Shown here one piece after another: positions 12,376 to 25,867 of a DNA stretch of 64,000 nucleotides. Origin of the DNA: Pelomyxa schiedti (lineage: Eukaryota; Protista; Evosea). Location of the stretch: NCBI GenBank assembly GCA_020536535.1, contig JAHLWZ010000855.1, forward strand, positions 7,785-71,784, read 5' to 3'. The stretch's first letter is position 1, and each line of letters starts with the position of its first letter. The notes under the pieces were generated by a model. The model had not been told where the DNA came from. It did not search any database and was given only the letters and a program-made list of their open reading frames with translations. A program made the translations under genes and the position numbers.

Positions 12376-13921
12376 TTAGTGTCTGTTTGAAACAGGTGAA
12401 ATTGCGTGTATGGTAGATTTCATTTTGGCCAGTTTTTGAGGCTGTTGTTGGTTGTTTTGTTCATTTGCAGTCTCTGCCGTAATGCTAGGTTTTCCCATTA
12501 TCACATCGTGGGAGGCAGGAGCGGCACTATGATCGGGGGGCGGGTGCTGGTGGATGTCTTGCGGAGGGGGGCTCTGTCGGCTGCTGGTGCCTGTTTTTTG
12601 CGTTGATGTGGATGCGTTGTGTTGCTGCTGAATTGTGGGTGGTGATTTGGGGGACTTGCACTCTGGAGTTACCTGCGAAGGAAGGGTGGGTTAGATAGAG
12701 AAGTGAAAGAAATGCATTTTATTTCCTGTATAAAAAACAAGAAGGAAGGAAGAAAACCATTGGCTTTGTAATCTCAGTACGCTTTGAAAGATCAACTTTT
12801 CGGGGTTTCCCAAGTTTGTACAGGCTAGTCATTATCTCCTTGAATTGCTGTATTTCTAAGTGTTTTGGTCATCCTTTTAGCTCAACAGGAAGTCGTATAC
12901 CTTCCAAGCTTACATCAAAAAGTTCCCACCAAGAAAAATCGGGTGTAATTGGTAAAGTTACTCCAACGCGTTCTGCAGCCATGAAAATACAGGCAACAGC
13001 AATAACTTCAGCTTGGTATCGGATACAGAGGCTGGTTCTCAAACTACAAAAGCTTAGAAGGGAGGATAAAGAAATAAGAATTAAACCTATCATTGGCATA
13101 ATTCCAGGCACTCTGGCCCAACTCCTTAGAACCCTCGAGAAGGTTTAGGTAATTCAAGATGAACTTGTGTGGCAACTCAACATACATCATGAACCCTAGT
13201 TCACGAAGGATATTGTGCTCGTTCTTGATGAGGTCTTCTCTCATCTCAGAGTACAACTACAAAGTGTTGGGTGAGTGATGCGAGCCGGGACTTGATATAC
13301 CACTTACATTACTTCCAGGCATTAGTGTGTCAATCGTTTGTCCGTTTTTCTTCTGCAGCAAATGATGCCATACAGTAAGGACCGTTTGAGGATGTTTCGG
13401 GCACTCGACGATTTTGCATGCCAAAAATAGGGAGCTGCGGGCAATGTTCTGCACAAGGGTGTATATATATATAGAAATTTAGCACTGAGCAAATTCGCAA
13501 ATTAGAATCGCTACGCACAACAGGGTCGTAGTCTCTCATACTCTGTTGGGTAAAAAACCTGTGGAACAAAACTTGCCCTGTTCCCATTGTCACCTGAGGT
13601 CTGGAATTTCAAGGGAGGAAAAACAAGTAAGCAATACACCCACAAGCGCAATTTGCAGGGTGCGCGGGGGTGGGTGTACATTTTCAGCATGATGCCTGCC
13701 TCCTGTATCAACTCACACGAGTAGACTGCCATCTCGAACTCCTTGTCGTCGTAGGAACGAGAGGCCTTGGGCACGGGGGATAGGCCTGACGAGCCCATCC
13801 AAGCGAAGGGGCCCTCGAGCACGGTACCCACTGTCCCATAATTTACAGGCGTCGGTGGGGGAGAAACTGACGCGGACACGGAAACTGTTGGTCCAAGCAC
13901 CACCCCGTGGTCTGATTGCAT
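12376..13921 (-). CDS. CCNL: Cyclin L family (transcriptional cyclin)
   Basis: CELIQEAGIMLKI|PQVTMGTGQVLFHRFF, SLFLACKIVECPK, EHNILRELGFMMYVELPHKFILNYL, AWNYAND, LRTSLCIRYQAEVIAVACIFMAA are cyclin L hallmarks. Confidence 0.9.
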
Positions 13922-14157
13922 GAAAAAAATTCTAATTCTTAAGCCTATTGCCCTGTTTGGAACTCTTGGGACTTCTAATTTTTTCCTCTCCATAAACAGA
14001 AGGAGCTGGTTTCCTGGTTGTTTAAATAAGATGAGTATGAGTATGAAAAGATGACTTTTTGGAGCCTGGTTCTACCAGGCATCCACTTCTTTGTTTGGTT
14101 GTGTTGTTTCTTTGGCAATTTACAGGTTATTCCCACACAGTACAGAGTATAGAGTGG

Positions 14158-14989
14158 CTAGGAACCACCGGTGCTGCTCTTTATGTCTAGTGCAGTCAAC
14201 ATGACGTAGTAGAACGCAATGAAGTCAGCTCGGGTTATTGCATCACTCGGTGTTATGTTGAATTCCTGAAGTTAAGTCAGCCAAGAGTTTAGAAGTAAAA
14301 AAAAGATACTTGTTGGAGGGTGGCGAGTATGTCGCTAGGTGAAAGACCGACAGCAAAGCCAAGTTCACAGAATTTTTGAAATGAAAGCACGGCACTTGGT
14401 GAGGCGGCACCCGGGGGGCCGCACAGTATGTCGAAGATGTCATTTCCATGTAAATACAAAAACAATGCCGTTTGGGAGCAGGCATATGAAGCATATAGTG
14501 CTACAATTACATATAATTCATCCCCGGTGATATGTCCGCTGTCATTTCTATCGAACCTATCATGCCTAAGTTGGTACTCCCCACACTATAGCCACTATTT
14601 GATTAGTCTAACTGACACACTCCAACGCACGTATCAAACAGGTGCAGGATTTTGTAGTCAGGGAAGTCCGTCATCTTTCTCATAAAGTCGATGAACTGCA
14701 CCTCGCTGAGAGCGAAACCGCTCGCCCCTCCTATCAGAATGTTGCCTCCCCCGCCTCCGCCCGTAGCGCCAGTGTTGTGCGCAGCCGAGTACGTGTGCGT
14801 TATCCAGCGTTGCACGTTGGACGCGCCCTCGGGAGTGTACACGTGGGGGTACCACTTTGTTGTGGCCTGCTGCTGTTGACGTGCCTGTGGTTGACGAGAA
14901 GTCCCGGGGCCGGTGCGACCGCCATTGGTCTTCGTCGTAGCACGTGAACCCAGTATTATTGCTTCAAGCAGCGCCTCGTTCACTTTCAT
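14158..14989 (-). CDS. EF-hand protein resembling EFCAB9 (3 exons)
   Basis: Spliced: LSEVQFIDFMRKMTDFPDYKILHLFDT|FDRNDSGHITGDELYVIVALYASYACSQTALFLYLHGNDIFDIL...ATLQQ|EFNITPSDAITRADFIAFYYVML; canonical EF loop DRNDSGHITGDE. Confidence 0.72.
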
Positions 14990-15181
14990 TGCTCCTGACT
15001 TACCGGAAGCAGTTTATTTAACAGTGTAGGTTTTTTTTGGCTCCAGCCCTGGCAGGAGTCCTTTGGCATCCACGCAGGCAACTAATGCCAGGTGAATTGG
15101 GTAATTGGCGCCTCTGCTTGGCAGTACGGCAAATCTGATCATTCAGAAATCTTTCGATCGAAACGTAAAAAATAAACGACG

Positions 15182-17459
15182 ATGCCGAAGGGTGCGCGTG
15201 TTGTGGAAGAAGACAGTGCGTACGAGGATGACGATCAGGGGGAAGAAACGGGATCTTCTTCGTCATCGTCGCCGTCGGGTTCGTCGTCTTCGGCGACGTC
15301 GTCGGGCGAGGAATCCGGTGCCAACGGAAAGGAGGAGATGTTGTCCAGCGAGAACGGAGATGACGAAGAGGACGAAGTGTCTGTTGTGGACAGCGAAGAC
15401 TCGGGGGAGAGCAAGAAATCAAAGAAAGAGAGGAAAAAATGGAAGGCAGAGGGTGTGGTTCAGCCGCGCCCGAAAAAACGCAAGACTCCGGGCAGGGGCG
15501 CTACGCAGGCACGGCCAATAACAATCCCGGACCGCCGCGTGGGAAAAACGCAAAAGAAGGCACCAGTGTACTCTAATTCACCTCTCCAGTTCGCCCAGGA
15601 GATTGAACAACAGCAGGAAACTTCAAAAACTCCTTCCCCCATGTTGGCAGCAAAATCACCTCTTTCCAATACGCAAACACCTCAAAAAGTAACCTGTTAT
15701 CGCTGCGAATGCGGGAAACAGTTCCCCACATCCCAACTCAAAGCTGCACACTGCAAATATTGCGAAATCTATATAACCAATAAGGGGTTGACAGGCCACG
15801 TCACACCGAAAAGAACTACAAAAAAAACATCCACTCGTTCCCCATCACGACCCCGGGCAAAGTCCCAAGCAAAGAACTCCAGTAAGGCCGTGGCACCACT
15901 TAAGAATAGTTTACAAACACCCAGTGAGCATCTTGATGGTAACCCTTCCACGGTACCTTCTTTCCTTTACTTCCATAATCATAGACCAGGATACAAACAG
16001 ACCCCCGAGCCGACCGAATTACCGCCCACGCAAACCCCGCGAACGCCTCCCACAACGGGTGTGAATTCACAAGAGCAGGGCAAGGATGATCTGAGTAATT
16101 GCACACTCAGCAGTAACAGTACAGAAAATGTTGACAAGGGTCCCCTCAGTAAGGAGACACCGATTACAGATATTGTCGACAAGGGTCCCCTCAGCACACT
16201 TGCCATTTCGTCTCCCCAACCTGTTGCAGATGACGAAATGGTTTTCTTCCTTCAGGCTTGTTACATCAATAACCTCATTTATTAGCATCTAGCAAGGTCT
16301 ACACAGAGTACTTCAGTAGCAGTCTTATCTGTAATTCCCATCTCAGTTCGATCTATTGTTTGCTTAACACATTAGCCCTCTCCCCAACTTCCCGCAGATT
16401 TAGCTGAGAAACCGAAAGTATTAAATTTGTATCCCACACTATGTCCAGCATTGGGAACGATAAATGTAGAATCACAGGGAGAGTCACAAGAAATACCCCC
16501 AACACCAACGAAACCCACAGCATCCAGCGTTGCGCCATCGACACCCTCTAGTCAATCATCACGCAACAAGACTACAAGCACACCACTCCGCAGCTCTAAA
16601 AAAAAACGCCCACCTACAACCAAGAAGGGAACTGCACCTACTCCCCATCCACCGGCACCAAATCATGCGGCAACCAGTGGGGCGATACCCCTTCTGTCCT
16701 TCGCATCACTCCCGCTCTCAAGTTTATCCTCCATATCCATTCCGTCCACCCCTTCTACACATTCAGGACAATCCACAGTCTCCTCTGCTTTAGCATCGAC
16801 CTCTACAGTAAATGTGGCACCCTCACCCTCACCCGGTCTTCCTTCTTCAGGAATGCGAGCAGCAGCTGTAGCAGCGGCAGCAGCAATTGCCTCTCCCAAT
16901 TTACATGCACAACCACATGCAATATTTCCTCACATGCGGTTTACCAGAACACAACGCAACCGCACGCTTGAAAGACTTGAGGCAGAAAATGATCCCGCCG
17001 ACAAAGAAAAGGTTGATACAATGGTTGAAGATAGTGACAATATTGGAGGCAGCAGCAGCGAGGAAGATGAAACATTTAAGCTCTCTTCGTCGCAAAAAGC
17101 TTCGCAAAGCAAGAAACACCGAGGAAGAAGAATGAGTTCAGCCACAGCAATACCAGGGTTGGACAAGCGACGTGTACGCGGGTTCATGACTCTTCTTGAT
17201 GAATCCGCCTTTGAATCACCTGGCAACCATGCCCCATCCTACTTGAATGCGGCCGCACGCCCGTCAGCACTTCCAAAGCGTCACTTCTGCGTAATGTGTG
17301 GATTCTTTGCTCCGTACACTTGCACAAAGTGCGGTCTGAGGTACCATTTCTTCCACCCACCTGACTTGACCATTTGACTCCCCTGTTCGTAATAGGTACT
17401 GCTGCCATAAATGTAACCAGCAGCACCTGGAAACACGCTGCAATAAGACAGTTCATTGA
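15182..17459 (+). CDS. zf-HIT protein, ZNHIT1/Vps71/Swc6-like SWR1 subunit with a very long low-complexity N-terminal extension
   Basis: C-terminal SYLNAAARPSALPKRHFCVMCGFFAPYTCTKCGLR|YCCHKCNQQHLETRC and upstream RTLERLEAEND match ZNHIT1; internal YRCECGKQF...HCKYC finger. Confidence 0.82.
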
Positions 17460-17778
17460 GTTCCAATCCAGTCGATGTGCACTTCTTGTAACCAAGGTTA
17501 GTTAGTCAGCCCAGCCAAACGGTTATTTTTCCCTTTTTTGGCCACATGAACGGTTGGAAAAGGAATCGCCCGAGAAACTTTGTTGATTGCCCCACTTTAC
17601 TTGTAATTTTTTTCGTCCTACTTGAGCGGTACCGAATTTGTTGTGCAATGGTCGGTGCGCGGAAAATCCTAGGATGTCCGGTTTAAAGGCACAAAACTTT
17701 TGGTGTCTGTCATTTTTCATTTTTATTTGCAACCAAACACAACAAAAACCGTCGAGCAACACCCCTGCGTTTACAAAA

Positions 17779-18608
17779 ATGCAATACACTAAGGAGGAAG
17801 ATCTCGATGCCATTACGACGTCCTTGGTCATGCCACCAGACTTTGACGACAATTTCACCTACAGCGACGACCTACAGTGCTACGTGCCAAACAGAAGAGA
17901 CAGACCAGACAAAATACTGGAGGGTCTGTACCTGGGTGACCAATTGAACGCTTATAATCGCGAGGTTTGTTTGTTTTCTTGCTCTGGTTTTCGTAGTAGA
18001 CTTACCGTACATCCACTAGGTTTTGGAAGAGATTGGTATTACACACGTACTTTCAGTGGCAGAAATCGCCAACTTGGATGACCACTTATCCATGTTCGAC
18101 CCTACAGTTCAGGTCGCCGCAATACAGTATGTTACCTCAAGTACTAAGTTTTTTTTTGCCGAATTCTGACTTTGCGTTTTCAAGACTTCCCGATGAAGCG
18201 TCGGCCGACATTTGCGTCTATTTTGACCAGGCTATTGCATTCATCCACGAGTGCATAGAGCAAGGAGGAAAAGTTTTGGTTCACTGTGTGTGGGGCATGA
18301 GCAGAAGTGCTACAATAGTCGCTGCGTACGTGATGCAAGCCCTCGCTATGGAATGGCTGGTCGCACTGAGATGCGTGCAGCTTGAGAGGCCAGTAGTATT
18401 TCCCAACGTGGGATTCGCCAAACAGCTGGCAACTTTTGGCAACCTATTGCGGGAGAGACGCGCACACGAGAGGGCTATGAGGATAGCCTATCTCGAGACA
18501 AGCAAGCGCGATCTCCACAAGTTCATGGACGAGGGACACTTCGGCGCCACAGAAGAAGACGACAGCAACGCCAACAACCTAGTGAGTGTAGACTGCTCAG
18601 GGAGGTGA
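17779..18608 (+). CDS. Dual-specificity protein phosphatase
   Basis: PDKILEGLYLG and VLVHCVWGMSRSATIVAAYVM (HCxxGxxRS), RPVVFPNVGFAKQL. Confidence 0.93.
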
Positions 18609-18813
18609 TGACACTGGAACATTTTGGATCCAAGGAAAACGGAGGTTGAGTGATTCATCCTTCGTCAACCCTGTTGCTTCACCATCACCATTCACACCCC
18701 TGTCGATAGCACACATTACCACCACACAATTTTGACTTCACCTGTAAGGCTGTCCAAACTTTATTTAATTCGTTTAAAGAAAAGAGCTTGTCAAAAAGCG
18801 TGCTTTTTCTTAT

Positions 18814-20855
18814 TTAATTGAAAACATAAATATCGCCGTGTGCATTCAGGCTTACGAGCAAAAGGCCCTCCCCCTGAGTGTTTGGCACAAAGGAGGCTGC
18901 TAGTACGGTAGTGTTTCCAGGAACTACAAAAAAAGTTTGTTGCAAGGACAGTACTTGGGCTATTTACCGGGTATTTGTTGGCTGCACTGTGCATGACGTG
19001 AGGTTTTTCTTATTGGCACTTGGTTTCCCCACAAATGAATGCAACCATTCTCGGATCCGCATGCAATGTGCTTTCCATTATTACTTTGAGGGGTTAGCCA
19101 GAGTTTGATAATTCGGTCTTAGAACCTAACAGAGGCGGAGAGATGTAAATCACCACTGGTGAAACCCTTATACTTGGATATAAGCTCCAATCCAGTTCCA
19201 TCACGGGAATAAAGACGAAGCCTTGAATCAGAGCTGGTGGATAAAACCTAAAGACTTTACTAAATTGGTATAAACTCAGTGGCTAAGTTAACATAGAAAC
19301 TAGCTTCACTCTGGATTCTAACAACTCGTAAGCCTGTAATCTTGCGCATCTGTTGTGTGATCCCTTTTTTCCTTGATGAGAAGCCCTTTTTTCCTTCAAT
19401 TTTAAGGGGCAACTAATGGGGATTGTTATGAGATGTGAGAGACAAGAGTAAATACGCACTGATAAATTGCATAACAAGAGATTTCCACTTACAGAGCCCA
19501 GGATTGCTAAACTTCCTCCAGGAGCTATCGTGAGGGCTAAGTACTTGTAAACAGTGGAGAAATCTTATTTTCTGTGTACCAGTCACACTTTCATCCACGA
19601 TTTCAGATGCAATCAGTGAGCCGTCTGTTATATTCCATAGTCTTAATCTACGTCAAATGAGACAGACAATTTGGGTAATTCTATGTTGCAGGGACCTGTT
19701 GTCTAAACAACTCGTCAGTAAGGCATGGTCAGCCTGTCAGAAGATTAGAAAATCTAAGCAAAAATATGCAGTACAGATGCGCAAAATGCTGCACAAGTTG
19801 GTATTTCAGGGTGATCAAAGATTCCCACACAAATCCCCAAAGAGATATTCCAGACTCTCACAGTCTTATCCATTGACGCTGAAGCAACTAAATGCTGTTT
19901 GACTAGTTAGGTATAGGTTTGTGACAGAACTTGCATTACCGAACTCCAAGCTATGGTCACAATACAGTCTGTGTGTTGGCGAAATATACATTTCGGTTCT
20001 CTCTTGAAAAATCTTCCTTGAAGCACACAAGGAGTGTCTAAAAATCCGTAACAGAGCGAAGCAAAGAGAAAGAAGTTACTGGCGGAGCTTCCATTATGCA
20101 CTGACCGTGGTTCTGAAGTGAGCCGTTCCCATATTTTTAAAGTGCCTTTACTACGTGTGGTATGAGGTAAAGTGGATGTAGTTTTCACGACTTACCATCC
20201 ATGTCCAGATGTAGCGAGGAATGTACCAGTAGGGTCCCACTCTAGTATTCCTACTGTTAATGATGAGTCACCTCTTGTACCTATTAAATGTCATAATGGA
20301 AGAAATAAAAGCTGAGAACCTGGGATATAGTCGAGTACTTCAGAGGGAACAGGAGTGATCTGAGGAGAGACGTGTCTCCGAGTAAATAATGGAAAAGATT
20401 TGGTGGGTGTGCAGATAGATTTCAGTATGGGGTTGAGCAGAGACTGGGGAATGTGAGATGAGTCAGCTATATTTGTGCTATCATCTGGAATTGCAGAAAT
20501 TTCAGGCGTTGGCAAATGGCACACAGCATTTTCAATTCGAACAAGTTCGCCCTTGTCTGTCGCACAGGAGAGTGAGAGCTGCTTCACTTGACAGAAGAAA
20601 AAGGCAACCAGTAACATAGAAGACATCACCGGTGTCAAGATTCTTGATTATTCTGCTGGGATCTGTGCTGAATTTTGCCCACAATACTTCGTCCGTTTGT
20701 AGAGTGTTTGTTTCAACTTTTGTCACAGATCTCACTGTGCAAGTTGTAGTAGTTGTCGTTGTTGCTTCCTCGGCGTATGTTTCTGCAGGGGAACCACACG
20801 ATGCGCATTCATAAGTCTCATCCACACACTCGTAGTCCTCATTGCGTTGCGACAT
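18814..20855 (-). CDS. WD40 repeat protein, WDR44-like
   Basis: Spliced pieces IIKNLDTGDVF, EPKCIFRQHTDCIVTIAWS, VASASMDKTVRVWNI, RLWNITDG, STSSDSRLRLYS...KYKG, IACGSENGCIHLW follow the WDR44 order; stop at 18814. Confidence 0.8.
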
Positions 20856-21027
20856 TTTTTATCAAAAAATGAAGAACCTCGCATCGTAAGGGCAATAATG
20901 ACACAACACAACGTGTCTCCCAGTTTTCTCTTTCATTTTTTTGTTTTTAGCTGTTTAGCAAAAAAAGCTAAATACAAAAAACTTTTTTATTTAGCGCGTT
21001 TCTGCTTGGAAGAAGAGAAACGTTCGG

Positions 21028-24000
21028 TCACAGTGCTGAGTGCAGAGGTTGGGGAGAACCAAGGGAAGTAGGGGTGACAGAGGGGGAATTTGGTGTGGAT
21101 GATGGTGCATGGTGCGTAGAAAGTGCCGAGGTGTTTATCTGAGATGGTGACGGAACTGGCGGCAACGGCGGGGGTTCCTCTGCGTTCTGTCGTTTTTGTG
21201 CCTGTGACTGCGAGTTCGAGCTAGAACTCGCATGCGTATGTGAATGCGAATGAGAACGCGAACGGGGTTGGGTCTGCTGAGGCTGTGTTGTTGGTGGAGG
21301 CGGCGGCGGCTGTTGTGGTTGCTGTGGTGGAGGAAGCGTGGGAGTGAGTGTGCGGGAAGGTCCTGTGGTAGTAGTATTATTATTGGCACTTGGTTGCGTT
21401 TGGTTGCCGGTTGTTGTTCCTGTTGTTGTTGGTGGTGTTGGTGTTGTTGTTGTTGGTGGTTGTGTGGATGAAGATAGGGTTGCTGTTGCTGATGGTGATG
21501 ATGATGGTGTTGTTGTTGATGATGGAGATTGTGATGGGGATGGTGGTGATAATAAAGATGTGGTGATTGATTGCGAAGGTGGGGCTTTGGGTGGGGGCGG
21601 AGGTGGGGGAGGGGTAGGTGTTGGCGTGGACGGGGGAGGTGGTGGTGCTATGGATTTTTGTGATGCAATCACTAGTGAGGTGGCTGATGCTATCACTGAT
21701 GTGGTGGGGTGACTGGGATAAGGGCTGGTTGTTGGTGTGGGTGTGGGTGTGGTTGTTCCTAATGGTGCAGATGAAGTTCCGGTGCTGCTGGGTGTGGGAG
21801 GTGGTTTGGGCGTGGATGCCACTGGTGTTGGGTGTGAAAAAGCGGTCGCAGCAGATGGTGATATTTGGGTTGATTGCGCTGAAATGCTAGGTACAGCAAC
21901 TGGTGAAGATGACAGTGTTGACTCGGATTGTGCCGTTGTAGTACTGGATTCTGGCGTTGATGTTACTGGTGTACCACTATCTGCTTGTGATGTAATTTGA
22001 GAGAATACATCTGCTGTTGGGAAAAGAAGTTTCCGCATTTGCTATTGGGGGAAAAAAAAAATAAGAGGAGGAAAAAATGGCGGGTACCGTACCAAGCAAA
22101 AATCTCTGTCATCTCGCATAAGACTTAATAAATACTCCTTGAACCGTGCCTGAGCCACAATGGGGTCTGCTCCCATACAAGTAAATGCTGAAGGGCAAAG
22201 AGCAGGGCCAGTGGGAGAACTTGCATCATCCTTGTGGCCGCGGACATGCCTTAGGCCAGCAAGGAGAATATTTGATCCCACTTTTGCAGTTTGTACTAAG
22301 TAATACTGTGAGGTTAACATAGGCTCAAATAAACATACACTTGAAATCAGCCTTGGTGGAGGATGCACTTTTTACTTTCGCTTTCACCTCGTCAGTTGAG
22401 TCCTGTGTCAGCTGCTGTTCTTTGACCATCTTTTGTTTCTCTTCTGCAGAAACCCAAAGACGGTGAATATACTTGTTTCGAATAAACTCTTCACGCATCT
22501 CCCTGAATGGGGTTTGGTTTGTTATTGGCGAAGGAGAAAAAGAACCTGGGTGAATTGCGTGTTGGACGAGCTACAGATTCTGGACGAGTGCACTCAAAAA
22601 ATTCATTAGAATTCTTATTTCCCATTTTTTTCATCACCTATATGCCCTTAGTTGTGTGCCATAAAAGGCATTACTCAACTGAAAGAAATTCCTCTGGCCA
22701 TTCATCTAGTCCAACTGATCTAACTTTTGAATAGCGAACCCCCATACTACGATGAACACCAGAACAATCTTGATTTAATAAAAATGACTGCAAGCACTAG
22801 CATTCAAACTCACCAATGCAAATGAAAGTCCCAAATGTGACAGAAGCCCAACAGGGGTCTATCTGTGTGAGTGGTACGATTGCTTTTTGGAAGCACACCT
22901 GTAGAATCACAGTCCGCACAAGTTTTGTTTTCTGGGAGGGTAAGTAGTTCCTGGAGTGCAGCAAAACTGGAGGGTCTTTCTTGGTGAATCGTACCTGGTC
23001 CTTCCTAATAGAGGTTTTCCCCCTTTGGTAATACTGCGTCATACCTTCTCACCCATTGATGTCAACATAAGATTTTCACAAACACCCGAAACTGCAATCT
23101 GCCATTCAAGGGTCTCTGTGTCACTGTAGGCTTTTAAAAAATACCTCAAATAAGAAGCAATCTCACTTGGAAGCCATGATAGTAATATTGCCAGTGTTAG
23201 TTACAACTTCAAAGGCATTGCGGTTATTCCTTATCGTTGGTTTCACAATCGAGAATGCAAGTGATACCGCGGTTACATATTCTGGGGTTGCCTCCTTCCA
23301 ATGGTTAGAGTACTTCTCCTTCATTCTTGTTTTACCTCAGCGTACTTTTCCTTAACAAAAATGATTTCGGATTCACTCAAACGAGCTGATCTTCTCTTCC
23401 ATCGCTTTTTATGTTCTTTGAGTTGTACAATGCCTACTTTTTTATATACAGCAGGCAGGAGAGATGTAGTCTTTGGACACATTTCCCATTAGTAAGGTTA
23501 AATACGATGTCAATAAACCTTCACTTTCTGATCATCTTCACCTGTATTCAATTCATCAATCTCAAAAAAATTTCTGGAGTTAAATACCTGACCCAAGGCG
23601 TAACATCTTTTTAAATCTCTGTATCTTGGCTGAAGTACCCCCACTTTCGGAGTCCATATCCTAACAATTAAGTTACAAGGGGAAAAGGTAGAACAGCGTT
23701 GTTGAATTCACTTTAGTTGTTATCCAATGAATTAATTGTGTGCTTAGAAGGACATAATTAAACTTTTCGATCATTTTCAAAATCGTGATGGGCATCATCC
23801 ATATCCGTCATTTCGGTATGTGAGTTCTCTGGATCCATGACATCAAGTTCCAGCTCGTTCCAAGGTAAAGCCATACCCGTAGAGGTTGCTTGGGTGAGGG
23901 AATCTTGTGTGGAAATTTTTGAAGTATTAGCATGTGAGGGAACAGGTGACGGAGGCACATTATGATGAGATTCTATAAGAAATACACCTGTGAGTAATGG

Positions 24001-25612
24001 ATAACATGTTGAAATGCATACTAGAGTGTTCATCAGAATATATATCTATTTTCTGTGGTGGTGGGTGGGATGGAACAGGCGGAGGGATTGGTGGCAAAAG
24101 GTGCATTACTTCGTGTATGTCCTTGATAATTTTATTACTGGGGACTGGTGGTTGACTTGTTGGTACTGGTGGGGTGGAAGGTACTGTTGTTGTTGCAGCG
24201 GGAGACGCAGTTACCTGCACAGCAGGTACATTGGAATTAGTTGGGGGATGGGGTATGTACACAATACTTCCACTTGGCAGTGGAGGAAGAGGAGGATGAC
24301 TAACTGGAGAAGGTGGACGAAGGGCATCGGTTCCTTCCCGTGTGTGTCGAGGGGAGTGAGGATGAGAGCGGGGTGAGATCATGGTAGACGCCGCATCATT
24401 TGTGGCAGGAGTGGATCGCGCCTGGAGTGTAACCTGTGAGAGAGTTTGCAGAGGTTGGACTTGGGGTGGAGGGGGCGGTTGTTGCTGTGGTGGTGGCGGC
24501 TGCTGTGAAGGAGATTGTTGTGACTGTTGAGGTGACTGCGGAGAAATATGCGCAGTCATGCTAGGAGCACTGCCCTGACGCCCTGATGAGGAAAGACTCC
24601 CAGAGGTTATTGCACTTAGCATAGAAGTAGAATTTGACAAGGTAGGCGCAAAGCTGATCGAGCGGTTAAGACTTGGCTTAGAGCCAACCTCTGGAGGGGA
24701 TGTCTCTACAATGAAATCTTCAGCAGACAGACTTAGTCTCTCTGGACGAGGTGCTGTATAGTCAGCTGTGGCTAGAGAAACCTTTGGTATTACTTGAGCA
24801 CGAGGGCTCTGAGTTTGTTGCTGACCTGTGTGTGAGATGTTTGTTGGGGGAGGGGGTGGAGGTATAGCAGGAGGTGGAGGTGTGTTGGTTCCTGTTGTCT
24901 GTGTTGCAGCTGGGGCACTTGGTTGGGATGGTGGAAAGAGTGATACAACATTTGCTCCAGAGTATGGGGATGCAGGCAAGTGCTGCTGGTGAGTAGGCTG
25001 TGGCAGGGTAGATGTGCCGGGCAGACCCCGGGTTGGTGAATGTGGAGGTGTTGGTGGTAAAGGGAGTGATAGAGGTTCCAAGTGATCCCTTATTTCTCCC
25101 GGTCTGTAGCCTGTTTTTCTTAAATGTAAGGAAATATATTTATATACACATGTCTCTATAAATAACAAGGGACTGTCGTGTTTTAGTTTTAGATGTTTCT
25201 TCAGTTTAAAATTTTTTTTGAGTGATGTTTTTGTGTGAATGAGTTAACCACTTGAACGGGAGCGCTGGTGATGAGGCGTGGCAGGCAGCGACGAGGAGGG
25301 CATCCCTCCACGTGCCCCAGGCAGCCCAGTGCGAGACACGTGGCCAGAACTAGACCCCCCAATGCTGCCACTTGCACTACCGCCATTAATACCACCACCA
25401 CCGTCGCCGCTGGTGCAGTTGCTGCTGATGGCGTCAGCTTGTTGTTGTTGTTGTTGTTGTTGCTGCTCCTGCTTATGAGGAGGGGGGGGAGGCGGCGGGG
25501 AAGGCGGGGGCACGGAGGGGGAGCCCGTGGGGTGCGAGTGTCGCTGCCTCAGCATCTGTTGTTGCAGGAGCTGCTGTTGCTGCATCAACATTTGTTGTTG
25601 CTCCTGCGACAT
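21028..25612 (-). CDS. ArfGAP with upstream PH domain and long Pro/Gln/Thr-rich termini
   Basis: [11 protein letters not shown]|[15 protein letters not shown]|[24 protein letters not shown] and REEFIRNKY; PH-like KRWKRR...NAFEVVT...EWQIAV; poly-Gln start MSQEQQQ. Confidence 0.88.
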
Positions 25613-25867
25613 TTTTCCGTGCTTGCTTGTTTTTTTTTTTCAGAGAAAAAGGGGGGGGCGGAAAAGCGAGAACTCTTAAACGAAAGAAGTTTTTTTTTTT
25701 TGGTTTTTTTTTTCTTTTTCATGAGGATGTTTGGGTGTTGGGGATAGGCTATCTACCCCCAACCATAAGTTACTTTTTATGCTGTACTGACAATACAAAG
25801 AATGCTTGGGTTGTGTATACACATGGTCCAGTGGTGCTGGTGGTTTGTACGGTGAACACTTGTGGTG

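Noticed and set aside
14266-14309. Possible U12-type intron (GTATCTTT donor, CTTAAC near the acceptor)
   Set aside because: Donor misses the GTATCCTT consensus and the putative branch point is too close to the AG. The true GTATCCTT matches I saw (about 59320 plus, about 57175 minus) are exonic.
25436-25462. (ttg)n microsatellite
   Set aside because: Encodes the poly-Gln tract of the ArfGAP N-terminus; ordinary for this genome.
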